From: Candidatus Methylomirabilia bacterium
Lineage (GTDB): Bacteria; Methylomirabilota; Methylomirabilia; Rokubacteriales; CSP1-6
NCBI GenBank assembly: GCA_041492755.1
Contig: JBGPXN010000012.1
Location: 1 to 47,543 of the forward strand
Direction: 5' to 3'
DNA length: 47,543 nucleotides
Part shown: positions 9,147-18,518 of the stretch, one piece after another
How positions within the stretch are numbered: the first letter of the stretch is position 1
Layout of the letters: the number at the start of each line of letters is the position of its first letter
Made by a program: the position numbers and the translations under genes
The notes under the pieces: model-generated
Seen by the model: the letters and a program-made list of their open reading frames with translations, nothing else
The model's database searches: none
What the model was told of the DNA's origin: nothing

Positions 9147-11273
9147 ATGATGCTCCGTGCGCTCATCGCCGGCCTCGGAGCGGCGGCCATCACCGTCGCT
9201 CTGGTGCTTTTCGGCCCCATGGAAGGCGCCGAGCACAGCGTCTATGACCGCCTCTTCGAGCTGCGGGGTCCCCGTCCGGTCACGTCGCCAATCGTCATCG
9301 TCACCATCGACGAGGATTCCTTCGACGAGCTCAATCTGCAGTGGCCCTTCCCGCGGGCGTTGCACGCCCAGCTCGTGTCGAAGCTCGCCGAGGGAAAGCC
9401 GCTGGCCATCGGGCTCGACATCCTGTTCCCGGAGCCGTCCGCGCGCGGCGAGGCCGACGACGAGGCCCTGGGCGCGGCCATCACGGCGGCCGGCAACGTC
9501 GTCCTCGGCGCGGCCACCACGACGGTGGCGGAGAGCGGGTATAGCAAGACCGACACCAACCCGCCGCTCCCGGTCATCCGGGAGGGCGCCGCCGCCTGGG
9601 GTCTCGTCAACCATGCGCTCGGGGACGACGGCGTCCTTCGTCACGCCATCGTCCAGCACAAGGTCGAGCCGGAAACGCTGCCGGGCTGGGACACCGCACT
9701 GTACATGCTGGCCAAGGCCGGGGGCTATCCGGCCGCGCCGCTGCCCGCGCAGAACGAGATCTTGATCAACTACCGGGGCGGGCCCCGGACCTATCCGTCG
9801 GTGCCCTACCACCGGGTCGTCGGCGGCGACGTCCCGCCGGGGGCGTTCAAGGGCAAGATCGTGCTGGTGGGCGCCACCACGCGCGCGCTCCAGGACATCT
9901 TCTCGACTCCCTTCGCGCGCGGCCGCGGAATGCCCGGAGTCGAGGTGCACGCCCACGCGCTGGACACGCTGCTGCGCGGCGACGCCGTGCGGGAGGTCCC
10001 TTGGTGGGCGAGCACCGTGGTGGCGGTGCTGGTCGGGCTGGGTGCGCCGTGGCTGGTGGTGCGGCTGCGCGCCGTTCGCGCGTTCCTGGTCGCGGCCGGC
10101 ATCCTGCTCGTCGTCGTCGGCGTCACCTACGTCGCCTTCGCCTTCTTCGGGACGTGGAGCCGGTCGGTGGCGATCAGCCTCGCGCTCGGCCTCGGCTACG
10201 GCGTCACCGTCATCGACAACTTCATCCGGGAGCAGCGCGAGAAGCGACGGCTCTCGCAGTTCTTCTCGCCCAAGATCCTGCGCGAGGTGGTGCGCCAGCG
10301 CGACGGCGCCAGCCTGAACTCCAGCCGCCGCATGATCACGGTGCTGTTCTCCGACGTCCGCGGCTTCACGTCGATCTCGGAGCGGACGGAGCCCGAGGTT
10401 GTGGTGCAGATGCTCCGCGAGTACCTTACCGAGCTGACCGAGGTCGTCTTCCAGAACGGCGGTACCGTCGACAAGTACATCGGTGACTGCATCATGGCGC
10501 TCTACAACGTGCCGTTCGAAGACAAGGAGCACGCGATCAACGCGGTCAAGACCGGGCTCGAGTTCCAGGAACGGACGCTCGCGGTGTCCGCGCGGTGGGA
10601 GGCCAGGCTCGGCGCGGCCGTGCGCAACGGCGTCGGCATCAACACGGGCGAGGCGGTGGTGGGCACGATGGGCTCGGAGCAGCGACTGGAGTACACGGCC
10701 ATCGGCGACACCGTGAACCTCGCCGCCCGGCTGGAGAGCATCACCAAGGAGTACAACACCTCGATCATCATCAGCGAGTTCACGTACGAGATGGTGAAGG
10801 GCAAGTTCCTCACCCGCCAGCTCGGCGCCGTCTCCGTCAAGGGCAAGACCCGGCCGGTGCGCATCTACGCGGTGCTGCCCGACAGCTTGCGCAAGCACCC
10901 CCGCTCGTCGCTGGATGCGGGCGCCGCCCTGCTCGCCGTCGGGGGAACGCAGCGCACCTCGGTGCGGACCCGCGACATCAGCACCGGCGGCCTGTCCCTC
11001 GAGGGCGTGCCACCGGAATGGACGACGGGCACGATCATCCAGATCCGCTGCGAAGGCGGCCTGCTCCCCAAGCCGATCGTCGCGGAAGGAAAGATCATGT
11101 GGAAGACGGACGGACTGGCCGGCATCCAGTTCATCTCCGTCGACCCCGACAGCGAGCACGCGATCGAGACGTACGTCGCGGCCCAGGGACCGCTCCCCGA
11201 GCCTGAGGTCGTCTGGAAGAAAGGCTCGGGCCCGGCCGAGGCGGAGACGGGAAACGGCGGCACGCGACGATGA
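9147..11273 (+). CDS. CHASE2 - TM - class III adenylate cyclase - PilZ domain protein
   Basis: CHASE2: IVIVTIDEDS, WPFPR, MPGVEVHAH; cyclase: FSDVRGFT, DKYIGD, YTAIGDTVNLAARLE; PilZ: RKHPR and DISTGG. Confidence 0.9.
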   Translation: MMLRALIAGLGAAAITVALVLFGPMEGAEHSVYDRLFELRGPRPVTSPIVIVTIDEDSFDELNLQWPFPRALHAQLVSKLAEGKPLAIGLDILFPEPSARGEADDEALGAAITAAGNVVLGAATTTVAESGYSKTDTNPPLPVIREGAAAWGLVNHALGDDGVLRHAIVQHKVEPETLPGWDTALYMLAKAGGYPAAPLPAQNEILINYRGGPRTYPSVPYHRVVGGDVPPGAFKGKIVLVGATTRALQDIFSTPFARGRGMPGVEVHAHALDTLLRGDAVREVPWWASTVVAVLVGLGAPWLVVRLRAVRAFLVAAGILLVVVGVTYVAFAFFGTWSRSVAISLALGLGYGVTVIDNFIREQREKRRLSQFFSPKILREVVRQRDGASLNSSRRMITVLFSDVRGFTSISERTEPEVVVQMLREYLTELTEVVFQNGGTVDKYIGDCIMALYNVPFEDKEHAINAVKTGLEFQERTLAVSARWEARLGAAVRNGVGINTGEAVVGTMGSEQRLEYTAIGDTVNLAARLESITKEYNTSIIISEFTYEMVKGKFLTRQLGAVSVKGKTRPVRIYAVLPDSLRKHPRSSLDAGAALLAVGGTQRTSVRTRDISTGGLSLEGVPPEWTTGTIIQIRCEGGLLPKPIVAEGKIMWKTDGLAGIQFISVDPDSEHAIETYVAAQGPLPEPEVVWKKGSGPAEAETGNGGTRR

Positions 11274-11941
11274 GCGCGGACGACTTCGACTATCCGACGA
11301 TGGCCCGGGCCTTGATCGTGGGCGACAGGGACACCGTCGCCGCGAAGACGCGCGAAGGGCTCGCGCGGGGGCTGGACCCGAAGGCGCTGATCTTCAAGGG
11401 GCTCATTCCCGGGATGGACGTCGTCGGCGAGAAGTTTCGCCGCAACGAGTACTACGTGCCTCAAGTGTTGCTCTCGGCGCGCGCGATGTATGCGGGCCTC
11501 GATCTGCTCAAGCCGCTGATCACCGCGGCGGCCCGTCCCGACGACAACCTCGGCATCGTCGTCATCGGTACCGCCCAGGGGGACCTGCACGACATCGGCA
11601 AGAACCTCGTCGGCATGATGCTCGAGGGCGCGGGCTTCAAAGTCGTGAACCTCGGGCGTGACGTCGCGCCCGAAAAGTTCGTGGCCGCGGTGGAGGAGCA
11701 CCAGGCCAACATCGTCGGCATCTCGGCGCTGATGACGACCACGATGCCGGCCATGAAGCGGACGATCGACGCGCTGCTCAAGGCCGGGCTGCGCGAGCGG
11801 GTCAAGGTCATGGTCGGGGGGGCTCCCGTCAGCCAGGCCTTCGCCGACGAGATCGGCGCCGACGGCTATGCGAGGGACTCCACCCTCGCGGTCGTGAAGG
11901 CCAAGGCGCTCCTCAGGGTCGGCGGGCGGGCCGCGTCGTGA
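11270..11941 (+). CDS. Corrinoid (cobalamin-binding) protein, MetH cap + B12-binding domains
   Basis: GMDVVGEKF, GDLHDIGKNLV (DxHxxG), SALMTTT, VMVGGAP. Confidence 0.93.
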   Translation: MSADDFDYPTMARALIVGDRDTVAAKTREGLARGLDPKALIFKGLIPGMDVVGEKFRRNEYYVPQVLLSARAMYAGLDLLKPLITAAARPDDNLGIVVIGTAQGDLHDIGKNLVGMMLEGAGFKVVNLGRDVAPEKFVAAVEEHQANIVGISALMTTTMPAMKRTIDALLKAGLRERVKVMVGGAPVSQAFADEIGADGYARDSTLAVVKAKALLRVGGRAAS

Positions 11942-12861
11942 AGGCGCGGGGCTGGGAGATCGTCGAGCGCGTCCGGGCGGGGGAGCGGCTCGTCTTCGAC
12001 GGGGGCTACGGCACGATGCTCTTCGCCGCCGGCCTCGCCAACGGCGCGTGCCCCGAGCTCTGGAACGACACCCACGCCGACGTCGTGCAGGGCATCCATC
12101 GCGCCTACTTCGAAGCCGGCAGCGACGTCGTCGAGACCAACACGTTCGGCGGCACGCGGCTCAAGCTCAACGAGTACGGCCTGGGTGACCGCACGCGCGA
12201 GCTGAACGTCGAAGGCGTGCGCCTGGCCCGGGCGGCGGCGCCGCCGGGCGGCTACGTCGTCGGCTCCATCGGTCCCACCAGCCGCTTGCCGGCGGAGTAC
12301 GAGCCGCTCGGCGACACCACCGATGAGGCGTACTTCGAGACGTTCCGCGAGCAAGCGGAAGCGCTCGCCGAGGGGGGCGCCGACGGGTTCGCGGTCGAGA
12401 CGATGATGTTTCCTCAGGAGGCGGTGGCCGCCATCCGGGCCTGCAAGGCGGCCGCGGACCTGCCCGTGATGGCCACGATGTTCTTTCAGTTCGAGGAGCT
12501 GCACGATCGCGATCGCACGATGTGGGGCGAAAGTCCGGCGGAAGTCGCCAAGAACTTGCTCCAGGCCGGGGCCGACGTCGTCGGCATGAATTGCGGCCGC
12601 GGCCCCGACCGCGCGATCGTCATTCTGCGCGAGATGCGCGAGGTCACCGACGCGCCGCTCATCGCCTATCCCAACGCCGGCCTGCCCGTCACCACCGGCG
12701 ACGACGTCACCTACGAGCTGGGCCCCGAGGAGATGGCGCGCGACTATCCCGCCCTCCTCGACGTCGGCGCCGCCATCGTCGGCGCCTGCTGCGGCTCCAA
12801 CCCCGACCACATCCGCCGCATCGCGGAGGTGGTGCGGGCTATGGGACATCGGCGGCCGTGA
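11938..12861 (+). CDS. Homocysteine S-methyltransferase family protein (stand-alone MetH N-terminal domain)
   Basis: DGGYGT, AGSDVVETNTFG, Zn ligands GMNCG and GACCG, YPNAGLP. Confidence 0.92.
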   Translation: MKARGWEIVERVRAGERLVFDGGYGTMLFAAGLANGACPELWNDTHADVVQGIHRAYFEAGSDVVETNTFGGTRLKLNEYGLGDRTRELNVEGVRLARAAAPPGGYVVGSIGPTSRLPAEYEPLGDTTDEAYFETFREQAEALAEGGADGFAVETMMFPQEAVAAIRACKAAADLPVMATMFFQFEELHDRDRTMWGESPAEVAKNLLQAGADVVGMNCGRGPDRAIVILREMREVTDAPLIAYPNAGLPVTTGDDVTYELGPEEMARDYPALLDVGAAIVGACCGSNPDHIRRIAEVVRAMGHRRP

Positions 12862-12916
12862 GGCCGCCCGTCCGAGGCGAGGCGATATCTGGGGTCGTGC
12901 GAGCCGCAGGACGGCG

Positions 12917-13642
12917 GTGACGTCCGGCCTTCGCCTGGGGGTGCGCGTCCTCACCGACCTGCCTCTGGAGATCGATCCGGCCGAAATCCTCCGGTTCCAG
13001 GGCTACCAGCGCGGCGGCGAGCCGCCGACGGCGCCGGTCCAGGCCATCTTCGAGGAAGCGCTCGCGCTCGGTCGTCGGCTCATGGCACCGCGCGTGGCCG
13101 TGCGCTGGGCGGCGGTTCATCGCCACGCCGACGACGGGCTGGCCGCCGGCGATCTGGTCGTCTCGATTCCCGGGCTCGCGCGGCGGTGGGGGACGATCGA
13201 GTACGTGGCCGCGGCCATCTGTACCATCGGCGACGCGCTGGAGCGGCGCGTGAGCGAGCTCTGGGATGCGCGCGAGCTCCCGCTGGCCGCGATGCTCGAC
13301 AGCGTGGGTTCGGGCGCGGTGGAGAGCCTCGCGGAATACGTCAACGACCTGCTGTGCCAGGACGGAGTGCCCGCCGCTCTATCCGTGACCAACCGGGTGA
13401 GCCCCGGGTACGGCGACTGGGACGTGGCCGAGCAGCGCGCGATCTTCGACTTCGTCCCCGGCGACCGCATCGGCGTCCATCTCAACGACGCGTGCTTCAT
13501 GACGCCGACCAAGTCGATCTCGCTCCTCGTCGGCGCCGGCCGCGCCGCCCGCGTCGACGACTACTTCAGCCAGTGTGCGCGCTGCTGGATGCGCGACTGC
13601 GCCTACCGGCGGGCCCCGGCTCAGCGTACCGTTCATCGTTGA
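12917..13642 (+). CDS. Methionine synthase activation-domain-like protein
   Basis: ICTIG, AVESLAE, RVSPGYGDW, MTPTKSIS, C-terminal CARCWMRDCAYR. Confidence 0.8.
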   Translation: MTSGLRLGVRVLTDLPLEIDPAEILRFQGYQRGGEPPTAPVQAIFEEALALGRRLMAPRVAVRWAAVHRHADDGLAAGDLVVSIPGLARRWGTIEYVAAAICTIGDALERRVSELWDARELPLAAMLDSVGSGAVESLAEYVNDLLCQDGVPAALSVTNRVSPGYGDWDVAEQRAIFDFVPGDRIGVHLNDACFMTPTKSISLLVGAGRAARVDDYFSQCARCWMRDCAYRRAPAQRTVHR

Positions 13643-13811
13643 CGGGGAGCGACCGGTGTGAGTGGTTGCCGCGTCGAGGCGCTGTGTGTTACGAGACCGG
13701 CCGCGCGGCTGACGAATTTTCGGCTCAACCGTACTCCCCACCGTGCCGATCGTATCTGCAAGGCGAATGGCGCGGCCTGTCCGCGCCCGGCACCGGGAGG
13801 GGAGCGTCAGC

Positions 13812-15230
13812 GTGAGCGTCAGACTGAAGCCCGAGCGTGCGCGCACGGCCCTCGTGGCCGACGACGAGGTCGAGGTGTGCGAGCTTGCCGCCGACCTCCT
13901 ACGGGACGAAGGCTTCCGCGTCGTCACGGCGAACGACGGCCCGCGGGCGTTGGAGCTGTTCGAAACCCAGAGCCCCGACGTCGCCATCCTCGACATCGAG
14001 ATGCCGGGGTACAGCGGCTTCGACATCCTGCAGCGCATCAAGCAGGCGGCGCCTCGCGTTCCCGTCATCATGATCACCGGCTACGCCGACGTGAAGCGGG
14101 CGGTGACCGCGATGCGCCACGGTGCGTACGATTTCCTCACCAAGCCGCTGGTGCTGGAAGACTTGCTGGCCACGATCGTGCGGGCGCTCGAGCGTGAGAC
14201 CCTCCTGGAGGAGCTGGACTCGCTCCGCCGGCGCGTGAAGGATGGTCCGACGCTGAGCGAGGTGATGGGATCGAGCCCGGCCATCCAGGCGGTCATCGAG
14301 GACGTTCACCGGCTCGCCGCCTCGCGCCTGAGCGTGGTCATCTTCGGGGAGACGGGCACCGGGAAGGAGCTGGTGGCCCGTGCCATCCACCGCCACGGCG
14401 ATCGCGCGGCCCGGCCGTTCGTCGCGCTGGACTGCGGCGCGATGCCGGACACCCTGATCGAGTCGGAATTGTTCGGCTACGAGCGCGGCGCGTTCACCGG
14501 CGCCGACCGGCGCAAGGACGGCTACTTCCAGATGGCGGACGGCGGGACGCTGTTCCTGGACGAGGTGACCAACCTGCCGCTCGCGACGCAGGCGAAGCTC
14601 CTGCGCGTGCTGCAGGAGCGCACGGTCCAGCCGTTGGGCGCCACCCGCACGGTGACCGTCGACGTCCGGGTGGTCGCCGCCTCGAACGTGGCGCTCGAGC
14701 CGGCGGTGCAGGCCGGCCGCTTCCGCCAGGATCTCTACTACCGGCTCAACGAGTTCACCATTCCGCTGCCGCCGCTCCGCGAGCGGCGGGACGACGTCGC
14801 GCATCTGGCCACACGGTTCCTGGCCGAGGCGAACCTCGAGGTCAGCGGCGTGCCGCGGACCCTGTCCGAGGCGACGCTGGCCACCCTCGCCCAGCACGAC
14901 TGGCCGGGCAACGTGCGCCAGCTCCGCAGCGTGGTCCGCCGCGCCGCCATCGTCGCGTCTGGCCCGATCGGCCCGGAGCATCTGCGCCTGGGCGGCGCGG
15001 AAGCCCACCAGGTGCCCGCGGAAAGTACGGAGCCCCAGGCGATCCCGGAGGGTGGGCTGAAGGCGCTGGCGGACGCCGCGATGGTGTCCGCCGAGTCGGA
15101 CGCCATCCGCCGGGCGCTTCGCACGGCGCGCGGCAACAAGAGCGTGGCCGCCCGCGCCCTCTGCGTGGACTTCAAGACGCTCCACCTCAAGATGAAGCGG
15201 TACGGTATCGGCGCGAAGGAGTTCTGCTAG
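13812..15230 (+). CDS. Sigma54-dependent response regulator (REC - AAA+ - Fis HTH)
   Basis: ADDE/LDIEMP/KP receiver; GETGTGKE, ESELFG, GAFTGA, LFLDE, WPGNVR; GGGAGG RBS before GTG 13812. Confidence 0.93.
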   Translation: MSVRLKPERARTALVADDEVEVCELAADLLRDEGFRVVTANDGPRALELFETQSPDVAILDIEMPGYSGFDILQRIKQAAPRVPVIMITGYADVKRAVTAMRHGAYDFLTKPLVLEDLLATIVRALERETLLEELDSLRRRVKDGPTLSEVMGSSPAIQAVIEDVHRLAASRLSVVIFGETGTGKELVARAIHRHGDRAARPFVALDCGAMPDTLIESELFGYERGAFTGADRRKDGYFQMADGGTLFLDEVTNLPLATQAKLLRVLQERTVQPLGATRTVTVDVRVVAASNVALEPAVQAGRFRQDLYYRLNEFTIPLPPLRERRDDVAHLATRFLAEANLEVSGVPRTLSEATLATLAQHDWPGNVRQLRSVVRRAAIVASGPIGPEHLRLGGAEAHQVPAESTEPQAIPEGGLKALADAAMVSAESDAIRRALRTARGNKSVAARALCVDFKTLHLKMKRYGIGAKEFC

Positions 15231-15330
15231 GGTCGTCGCGCTCTGGCGGCGGCGCCAGATTCCGGACCGCCGCGCCAGCCTTTTCCGCCTCGCTCAGCTC
15301 GAATCCCTCGATTTTCCACACGTTCCCGCG

Positions 15331-15346
15331 TGGTACGGATCCTGCT
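15331..15346 (+). promoter_or_regulatory. Sigma54 -24/-12 promoter
   Basis: TGGTACGGATCCTGCT (GG-N10-GC) upstream of GAGGAG RBS and ATG 15393, directly after a sigma54 activator gene. Confidence 0.65.
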
Positions 15347-15392
15347 CTTCCTCTCGCCGGCTGCACGAATCACAAACCGAGAGGAGTCACGG

Positions 15393-16355
15393 ATGTTGGC
15401 AGCAACGGTGGTCGAGGGGCTTCGGACCGACGAGCGGCGTTCGCAGGCGAGCGAGCTCTCGCTCGGGAACGCGCCGGCGCTCTGCCGTGCCGTCGAGGCC
15501 CAGCTCACCGCCGGAGCATCGTGCATCGCGCTCGATCTCGCGGACACTCAGCACGCGGACGTCGTGGGTCTCGCCACGCTCGTCGAGACGGCGGCGCGCG
15601 CATCGCAGGCCGGCGCACGCTTCACGATTCGCTCGGGCGCCGCTCTGCACGATGCCCTGCTTCGCGCTCAGCTCCTCGAAGAGCTGCCGCTGGTTGGAGC
15701 GCTGGAGCCCAGGGACACCGTCATCGCGCTGCCCGACCTCACCAACGACGACACGGGCGCCGCCTTCGTGGCCCACACGTCGCGCCTCGGCCTGCGCCGG
15801 CCGGCGGCCGATGACACCGACCTGTTCGTGCGCTGGGCGCACGATCCGCTCCTCGATCAGATGGTCGGCAGCGAGCTGCTGTATCAGTGCCGGCACCTGG
15901 ATGCCGATCGCGGCCGCGTCCGGGCGCTGCTTCGTGACGATCCCACGGCGCTGACGCTGCTGGTAGAGCCGCTCGATCCGCCGTTCCGCCCGCTCGGCTT
16001 CGTCCGCATGCACGGCATCAACCTGGCCCAGCAGTTCGGCTTCGTCGAGATCGCGATGACGACGGTCGAGTCGGTGCGCCACGGGTGGGGGATCGAGGCG
16101 GCCCGCCTGTTCGTCGCGTGGGTCCACGACGTGCTGGGGCTCCGGCGCGTGGAGGCGAAGGTCTACGAGTACAACGTGCTCAGCGTGAACGCGCTCCGGC
16201 GCAACGGGTTCCAGCGCGAAGGCGTGCTGCGGGACGCCCGCGTGTACAACGGTCAGCGCTGGAACATCCTGGTGTACTCGCTGCTCGCGGCGGAGATGGC
16301 GGCGCAGCGCGAGCGCGAGCGCTTCCCCTACCTGGGCTTCTGGAGCCGCGCGTGA
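15393..16355 (+). CDS. STAS-like domain - RimJ/RimL-type GNAT fusion protein
   Basis: IALDLADTQHADVVGLATL (STAS-like); RHGWGIEA, GLRRVEAKVYEYNVLSVNALRRNGFQREGVLR (GNAT). Confidence 0.78.
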   Translation: MLAATVVEGLRTDERRSQASELSLGNAPALCRAVEAQLTAGASCIALDLADTQHADVVGLATLVETAARASQAGARFTIRSGAALHDALLRAQLLEELPLVGALEPRDTVIALPDLTNDDTGAAFVAHTSRLGLRRPAADDTDLFVRWAHDPLLDQMVGSELLYQCRHLDADRGRVRALLRDDPTALTLLVEPLDPPFRPLGFVRMHGINLAQQFGFVEIAMTTVESVRHGWGIEAARLFVAWVHDVLGLRRVEAKVYEYNVLSVNALRRNGFQREGVLRDARVYNGQRWNILVYSLLAAEMAAQRERERFPYLGFWSRA

Positions 16356-18505
16356 TGACGGTGCACCAGCTCGTTCCTCTCTTCGCGCTTGCCCTCAACA
16401 TCCTGCTGCTGGGCAGCGCGCTCGTCGGCCCGCGCCGGGAGCAGCGCAACGTCGTGTTCGGCGTCCTGGCCTTCGCCCTGGCCGTGTGGAACTTCGGCGT
16501 CTTCGGCCTGCGTGCGAGCGCGGACCCGGACGTGGCCATGCTGTGGGAGCGGGTCGTTCACGTCGGCGTCATTCCGATGCCGATCCTGTTCTACCACTAC
16601 GTCCTCGCCTTCCTGGATCAGCCGCGTCGCCGGCGGTCACTGTTCCTGGGATACGGGCTGGCCGCGTTGTTCGTCGCGGTGAGCTCGACCCCGTTGTTCA
16701 TGCGCGGGGTGGTGGAAACGTACTGGGGCTTCGCGCCGCAGTCGGGTCCGCTCTACCTGCCCTTCTTCGTCTATTTCCAGGCGTACATGGTCGTCGGGCT
16801 CGTGCATCTGCTGCGGGCGTATCGGACGACGGCCACGAGCTTCCGCCGGAACCGCATCCTTCTCGTGATCCTGGGCGTGTGCGCGAGCCTCGCCGGGGGC
16901 GCCGTCGACTTCCTGCGCTTCATCCTCCACCTCGATCGCGTGTACCCCATCGGGATCCCGAGCAACGCGCTCTTCGCCGTCGCCCTCGGCGTGGCGGTGG
17001 TGCGGTACCGCCTCTGGGACGTCGGCGCCCTCATGAAGCGCTCGGTGCTCTACAGCGTCACCGTGCTCGCCCTCGTGCCGGTGGCGGTGTTGGGCACGGT
17101 CCTGACCGGTTGGCTGGCGCCCGACGACCGCTTCCCGTCCCATCTGGTCGGCGTGCTCGTTGCCTTCGCCCTCGTCGCCCTGGCCCTGCCGGTCGTGCGG
17201 GGGATGGAACGGTGGTGCGAGCGGCTCATGTTCGCGCGCCAGCACGGCATGCGTGACGCGCTCGCGGCCCTCAGCAAGGACATGGCCTCGATTCTGGATC
17301 TGCAGCAGCTCGGGCAGGCCCTGACCGAGGGCCTGGTGCAGCGCGTGCCGGTGATGTACGCGGCGCTCTATCGTCACGACGGCGGCGGCGATCATTTCCC
17401 GGTGTTCGCGCGCGCGGTGTCGCCGGCGATGGATACCCCGCCGGCGGGCACCGCGCTCGACCGCCAGCTCGTCATGTGGCTCCGGCTCACCGGCCGCCGC
17501 GTGTCGGTCGAGGACCTCGCCAACCAGGCCGCCGTCGATCCCTCTCTGCGCGCGCTCGCCGCCGAGCTGGAGGCGGCGCGGGTGGCGGTCCTGGTGCCCC
17601 TGTTCATGAGCGGTGAGCTGGCGGCGATCCTCGTCGTGGGCGAGAAGGTCTCGGCGGAGGTGTTCGACACCGCGGAGATCGAGCTGCTCGAGATGCTGAT
17701 CGGCCAGACCGCCGTGGCCATGAAGAACGCCGGACTGTACGGCGACCTGCAACACCGGATGGAGGAGCTGCGCACGACGCAGCAGCAGCAGTTGATCCAG
17801 TCGGCCAAGCTGGCCGCCATCGGCGAGCTCGCCGCCAGCGTCGCCCACGAGCTCAACAATCCGCTCACCGTCATCCTGGGCACGACGTGCCTCCTGCGCC
17901 GGGACTCCACGAACGCGCCGCTCGACACGCAGCTGGCCCTCGTCGAGGAGCAGGCGATGCGGGCGGGGAAGATCACCCGCAACCTGCTCGACTTCGCGCG
18001 CAAGCGCGAGCCGCGGCAGGAGCCGGTCAACGTCAACGTGCTGGTGCCGCGCGCCCTCGAGCTGGTCGAGTCCAAGCTGCGCCGCTGCCCGGTGCAGGTG
18101 GAGACGCGGCTGACGCCGAACCTGCCCGCGATGCTGGGTGACGCGGACCAGCTCACCCAGGTCCTGATCAACCTCGTCGGCAATGCGGTTGACGCCATGC
18201 CGAAGGGGGGCCGCCTCGTCGTGGCCACCGACCTCCGGGGGGAAGCCGACTGCGTGGTCCTCAGCGTGAGCGACACCGGAATGGGCATCAGCGAGGAACA
18301 GCTGCCCCACATCTTCGAAGCGTTCTATACGACGAAGCCGGAGGGCAAGGGCACCGGGCTCGGGCTCTCCGTGACCGCCGGCATCGTCAAGACCCATTCG
18401 GGGACGATCGAAGTCGACAGCGAGCCCGGCCGCGGCACCACGATACGGGTATGCCTGCCGTTGTCGTCGGTCCATGAGCCGTTGCACGAAACCATCCAGG
18501 CCTAA
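16355..18505 (+). CDS. Membrane sensor histidine kinase (multi-TM HisKA_7TM-like N-terminus, GAF, HisKA, HATPase)
   Basis: Many TM helices, GAF-like segment, AHELNNPL, NLVGNAVDA, DTGMGI, FYTTK, GTGLGL. Confidence 0.9.
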   Translation: MTVHQLVPLFALALNILLLGSALVGPRREQRNVVFGVLAFALAVWNFGVFGLRASADPDVAMLWERVVHVGVIPMPILFYHYVLAFLDQPRRRRSLFLGYGLAALFVAVSSTPLFMRGVVETYWGFAPQSGPLYLPFFVYFQAYMVVGLVHLLRAYRTTATSFRRNRILLVILGVCASLAGGAVDFLRFILHLDRVYPIGIPSNALFAVALGVAVVRYRLWDVGALMKRSVLYSVTVLALVPVAVLGTVLTGWLAPDDRFPSHLVGVLVAFALVALALPVVRGMERWCERLMFARQHGMRDALAALSKDMASILDLQQLGQALTEGLVQRVPVMYAALYRHDGGGDHFPVFARAVSPAMDTPPAGTALDRQLVMWLRLTGRRVSVEDLANQAAVDPSLRALAAELEAARVAVLVPLFMSGELAAILVVGEKVSAEVFDTAEIELLEMLIGQTAVAMKNAGLYGDLQHRMEELRTTQQQQLIQSAKLAAIGELAASVAHELNNPLTVILGTTCLLRRDSTNAPLDTQLALVEEQAMRAGKITRNLLDFARKREPRQEPVNVNVLVPRALELVESKLRRCPVQVETRLTPNLPAMLGDADQLTQVLINLVGNAVDAMPKGGRLVVATDLRGEADCVVLSVSDTGMGISEEQLPHIFEAFYTTKPEGKGTGLGLSVTAGIVKTHSGTIEVDSEPGRGTTIRVCLPLSSVHEPLHETIQA

Positions 18506-18518
18506 AGAGGAGAGGAAC

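Noticed and set aside
15241..15330. Same enhancer boxes or IHF site at the 15331 sigma54 promoter
   Set aside because: No GGGC-N5-GCCCG pair or IHF consensus found; TTTTCC repeats at 15281 and 15312 are too short to call.
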